From IMG/VR virus record IMGVR_UViG_3300048575_000412, positions 1 through 50,102 of that record: DNA of 50,102 bases. The stretch is one strand, 5' to 3'. The notes beneath the pieces are model-generated. The model did not search any database and was not told the origin of the DNA. It worked only from the letters and a program-made list of their open reading frames with translations. This stretch comes from a virus (taxonomy: Duplodnaviria; Caudoviricetes). The first letter of the stretch is position 1. Each line of letters opens with the position of its first letter. This document shows positions 47,013 to 50,102 of the stretch, in pieces. Made by a program: the position numbers and the translations under genes.

Positions 47013-47198
47013 ATGGCCTCGCTGCAGTTCAACCGGCCGCGGCTTGCCCTGGGGCAGGTCTATGCCTGGACGCTCGACGTTCCCAACGAAGACCCGCCCG
47101 CGGGCATGGGCTGGGTCGTGCGCAGCGGTTCCGAAGACATCTATCTCATCGATCACACAGGGGCCTATGTCTACGCCCCGCTGGAGGCAGAACTGTGA
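47013..47198 (+). CDS. Small hypothetical protein (61 aa)
   Basis: MASLQFNRPRL...YLIDHTGAYVYAPLEAEL; GTGA overlap with the next gene. Confidence 0.55.
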   Translation: MASLQFNRPRLALGQVYAWTLDVPNEDPPAGMGWVVRSGSEDIYLIDHTGAYVYAPLEAEL

Positions 47199-49900
47199 GC
47201 AAGGTTCAGAGCAAGAACGCCATTCTCTATGACATCGGGAACGACGCAGGGCCGTTGCGCGACGCGATCGTCGATGCGATCGGCGAGGGCACCACGACGG
47301 ATTCCGGCCTGATCTCGGCCGCCGACAAGACCAAGCTGGACGGCATCGCCGCCGGCGCCACGGCCAACGACACGGACGCGAGCCTTCGTGACCGCACGAC
47401 TCATACCGGCGAGCAGGCGATCGAGACGATCACCGGGCTTGCGACCGCTCTGGCGGGAAAGGCGACGCCGGCCGATGTGGCGGCGGCGCTGGCCGGGCTG
47501 GTCGATAGTTCGCCGACCACGCTCGACACGCTGAACGAACTGGCCGCGGCGCTGGGCGACGACCCGGCTTTCGCGACGACCGTTTCGACGGCGCTGGGCA
47601 ACCGGCTGCGGGTGGACGCCGCGCAGGGGCTGACGGATCCGCAGAAGGCGCAGGGGCGGGACAATCTGGGGCTGGGGAGTGCTGCGCTGGCTGCGTCCGG
47701 GGACTTCGCCACGGCGGCGCAGGGCGGGAAGGCGGATACGGCGGTGCAGCCGGGGGATTTGACGACGGTCTTCGTTTCGGATCGTACGACTCTGGCGGCG
47801 CTTACCGCGTCGACGTCTCTGCTGGCCTTCAGCCGCGAAGCTGCAAGCCCTGTCGATTGGCCGTTCGATGGCTCGGACCTGTCGGCAAAGGTGGCGCTCG
47901 ATGTGAACAAGATCGGTTTCGTCGCGCCGACCGCCGACCCGACCGGAGCAACCGGCGCATGGCGGAGAAACCTGCGGCTCTCTCGCATCTATCCCGAAGA
48001 CGGGGGTGTATTTGGCAACGACACGGATGACCCGAATGCTATGGTCAACATGCAACGCGCTGCCGATTTTGCGGCGCGCGAGGGCTGTGTTCTGCGGCTG
48101 AAGGCGGGCGGGCTCTACCGCATTCCCGGATTTCTGGCGACTCGCTCCCATCTCTATTTCGAGCGTGAGGCCGGCGCCGTGCTGCGTCAGACCGAATGGT
48201 CCTATGCCGTGGCGGGCGGCGGGCAATTTTTCGGCAATGTCTACTACACGACCGACCCGAACGAGATGGTGCAGGAAGACGTGCGGTTCGATCTGGAGAT
48301 TGACGGCTCGCTTTTGCAGCGTCCGACCTATGGTTACGCGGTCAGCGCCACGTCGAACACGATCGTTCTTCCTGCGAATTTCGACGGCAAGATCCGGCCC
48401 GGGAAATCGCTGTTGACGGTTGTCTTTGGGACTGGCGGGGGTAACAGCCAGATCCGTCGCGTGCAGAGCTGGGATGCCGGAACGCGCACCGCCACGTTGT
48501 ATCTCGCGTGGACGACGATCCCCGACACGACAAGCTTTGTCGGGGAAGGCGGGAACGACAATGCAATGGCAATCGCAAGGGGTGTACGAAACTTTTCGGG
48601 CCGGATCTTTGCGCATGACTATCCGACGACATGGCTGTCCAATGGGTCGGGAGGCAAGGCCTTCAACGCCGAAAAGGGCTGCCGCGATATCGACATCGAA
48701 ATCATCGCAAAGCGCTGCGGATGGGGCGGGTTCATCCAGGCGGTTCCCGGCGTTTTTGTTCCCGGGGAAGGGGATGAGCCATACACTTCCGAAAACATCG
48801 CCCTTGGCAACAACAGGATGTGGTCAAGGGATATCCGCCTCAGGATCGATGCCGAGGATTGCGAAAGCGCTTTCGGTCTGTTTGGCCTGACGAGCGACAG
48901 CGACCCCCTGGGCGACGGCAATATCAGCAAGGCGATCGTCGACGTGTCGGCCCGCAACTGCGGCCATTCCGTTTCCCGCCCGTTGGCAACGACGACGAAC
49001 GTCAAGAGCGGGATCATCACGATCGGCGAGGGGCAAAACGCCCGTATACACCTGCAGTCCGTGATCGACAGCGATTTCGCACCGGTCTGGCCGGAGGCGG
49101 GCCAGCCGTTCGCCGGCGCTGGACTGTCCGGTGGTGTCGGCGCCGTGGTGCATGGATGGGGACCGGATGTTCATATTACCGGCACCCACATTGGCCCCGT
49201 CGACAGCTTGTGGATGCTGGACAACGTTCGCACCATGGGGGACGACGCAGGCCCGACGGGTGTGCCGCAGAATGTCTATGGTTTCGACCTTGACTTGCGC
49301 CACCGCAGCGGGTCGCAGCCAACAAACGGTCTGTTCTGGCAGCGCAACACCATTGCGAACGTCGCCAATACCGAGATTGCCGCGCGGCTCAAGGCCGACG
49401 TCGACTACTGGCCGACGACGATCATCGGGAACGACCTTGCCTTCGACAACGTGCATGTCGAGGTGCACGCGCGCCTGGCCGGAAACAACGAGCAGCGCGG
49501 TGCGCGCGGGCCGGCCTCGCAGATCCGCGCCAAGCGCAACGATCTCTCGGTGCTGACGGGGTTCCGTTCGCTCGATATCCATCATTTCGAACGGGGACTG
49601 TCAGTCGCAGGCAATGTGATCGAGAAGATCCTGACGGCGACGAAAGCGCACGACTTCGGCACGGTGACGGCGCATTCCGGCGTTTCGACGACGGTCACCG
49701 TGGCTGGTGTCACAATCGGATCGGGGACCGGACGCTTCGTCAATGTCACGTTCAATGGTTCTGACCCCGCAGGCCTAGTGTTTTCGGCGCGGGTCACGGC
49801 CGATGACACCGTGACGATCTATTGCTTCAACACGACGGCGGCTTCCGTCGTGGCGGGCAACCGGACCTATTCCGTTATGGTGTCGCAGACGACCACATAG
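47195..49900 (+). CDS. Tailspike/second fibre, putative beta-helical depolymerase or receptor-binding protein
   Basis: GTG start with GGAGG RBS; SAADKTKLDGI and P.TLDTLNELAAALGDD fibre motifs; TGAW.R, DD..NMQRA.D spike-neck motif; beta-rich C-terminus. Confidence 0.75.
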   Translation: MSKVQSKNAILYDIGNDAGPLRDAIVDAIGEGTTTDSGLISAADKTKLDGIAAGATANDTDASLRDRTTHTGEQAIETITGLATALAGKATPADVAAALAGLVDSSPTTLDTLNELAAALGDDPAFATTVSTALGNRLRVDAAQGLTDPQKAQGRDNLGLGSAALAASGDFATAAQGGKADTAVQPGDLTTVFVSDRTTLAALTASTSLLAFSREAASPVDWPFDGSDLSAKVALDVNKIGFVAPTADPTGATGAWRRNLRLSRIYPEDGGVFGNDTDDPNAMVNMQRAADFAAREGCVLRLKAGGLYRIPGFLATRSHLYFEREAGAVLRQTEWSYAVAGGGQFFGNVYYTTDPNEMVQEDVRFDLEIDGSLLQRPTYGYAVSATSNTIVLPANFDGKIRPGKSLLTVVFGTGGGNSQIRRVQSWDAGTRTATLYLAWTTIPDTTSFVGEGGNDNAMAIARGVRNFSGRIFAHDYPTTWLSNGSGGKAFNAEKGCRDIDIEIIAKRCGWGGFIQAVPGVFVPGEGDEPYTSENIALGNNRMWSRDIRLRIDAEDCESAFGLFGLTSDSDPLGDGNISKAIVDVSARNCGHSVSRPLATTTNVKSGIITIGEGQNARIHLQSVIDSDFAPVWPEAGQPFAGAGLSGGVGAVVHGWGPDVHITGTHIGPVDSLWMLDNVRTMGDDAGPTGVPQNVYGFDLDLRHRSGSQPTNGLFWQRNTIANVANTEIAARLKADVDYWPTTIIGNDLAFDNVHVEVHARLAGNNEQRGARGPASQIRAKRNDLSVLTGFRSLDIHHFERGLSVAGNVIEKILTATKAHDFGTVTAHSGVSTTVTVAGVTIGSGTGRFVNVTFNGSDPAGLVFSARVTADDTVTIYCFNTTAASVVAGNRTYSVMVSQTTT

Positions 49901-50102
49901 CGTCGGCGTCTACCTCGTAAGGCAGGCCGGCAACAATATCCTCGTCCAGGTCCAACAGATCCATCCGCTGGAGGACCTCGTTTTCAAGCGCTTCCAGCTG
50001 AGCTGTCAATGCCGACATATCTTCTTCATCTGTCAGCGCTCGTTTTCTTTCGATCTCCTTGCGCAGGATATCAATGGCTGGCTGGTTTCCGGCATCAAAC
50101 AT
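49875..50102 (-). CDS. 3' end of a convergent gene, probably truncated by the window edge
   Basis: Acidic helical peptide; lower GC than phage genes; overlaps spike stop by 26 nt. Confidence 0.5.
   Translation of the reverse strand: MFDAGNQPAIDILRKEIERKRALTDEEDMSALTAQLEALENEVLQRMDLLDLDEDIVAGLPYEVDADAMWSSATP

Larger units (their letters stand above)
1..50102. mobile_element. Temperate phage/prophage with lambda-like head and P2-like contractile tail; both ends probably extend beyond the window
   Basis: Complete ordered set of immunity, replication, packaging, head, contractile tail and lysis modules; no integrase or att seen in the window. Confidence 0.97.

Overview
The whole window is a GC-rich temperate (pro)phage, most likely of a Rhizobiales/alphaproteobacterial host (judged from the SSB sequence). 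It has a lambda-like head and a P2-like contractile tail. Left to right: leftward early operon (ASCH-like, DUF2303/YfdQ, YfdP-like, SSB, DUF5131, HD hydrolase, GNAT); cI/cro/cII immunity switch with GTGC-N5-GCAC operators; rightward early operon (SF2 helicase-DNA methyltransferase fusion, primase, P4/D5-type helicase, iteron-rich origin); terminase, portal, protease, capsid; baseplate, fibre, sheath, tube, tape measure; lysis genes interleaved with a carbohydrate esterase; and a tailspike-like protein. No integrase, att site, tRNA or CRISPR is visible. The most unusual signal recurs three times. Cargo genes inserted antisense inside a phage operon are exactly overlaid, codon in register, by a stop-free ORF on the operon strand that is coupled or closely abutted to the flanking phage genes (5574-6182, 12500-14410, 42517-42780). 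The largest case carries an SRA-HNH modification-dependent nuclease plus a membrane protein. All product calls come from motif recognition and gene order, not database searches.
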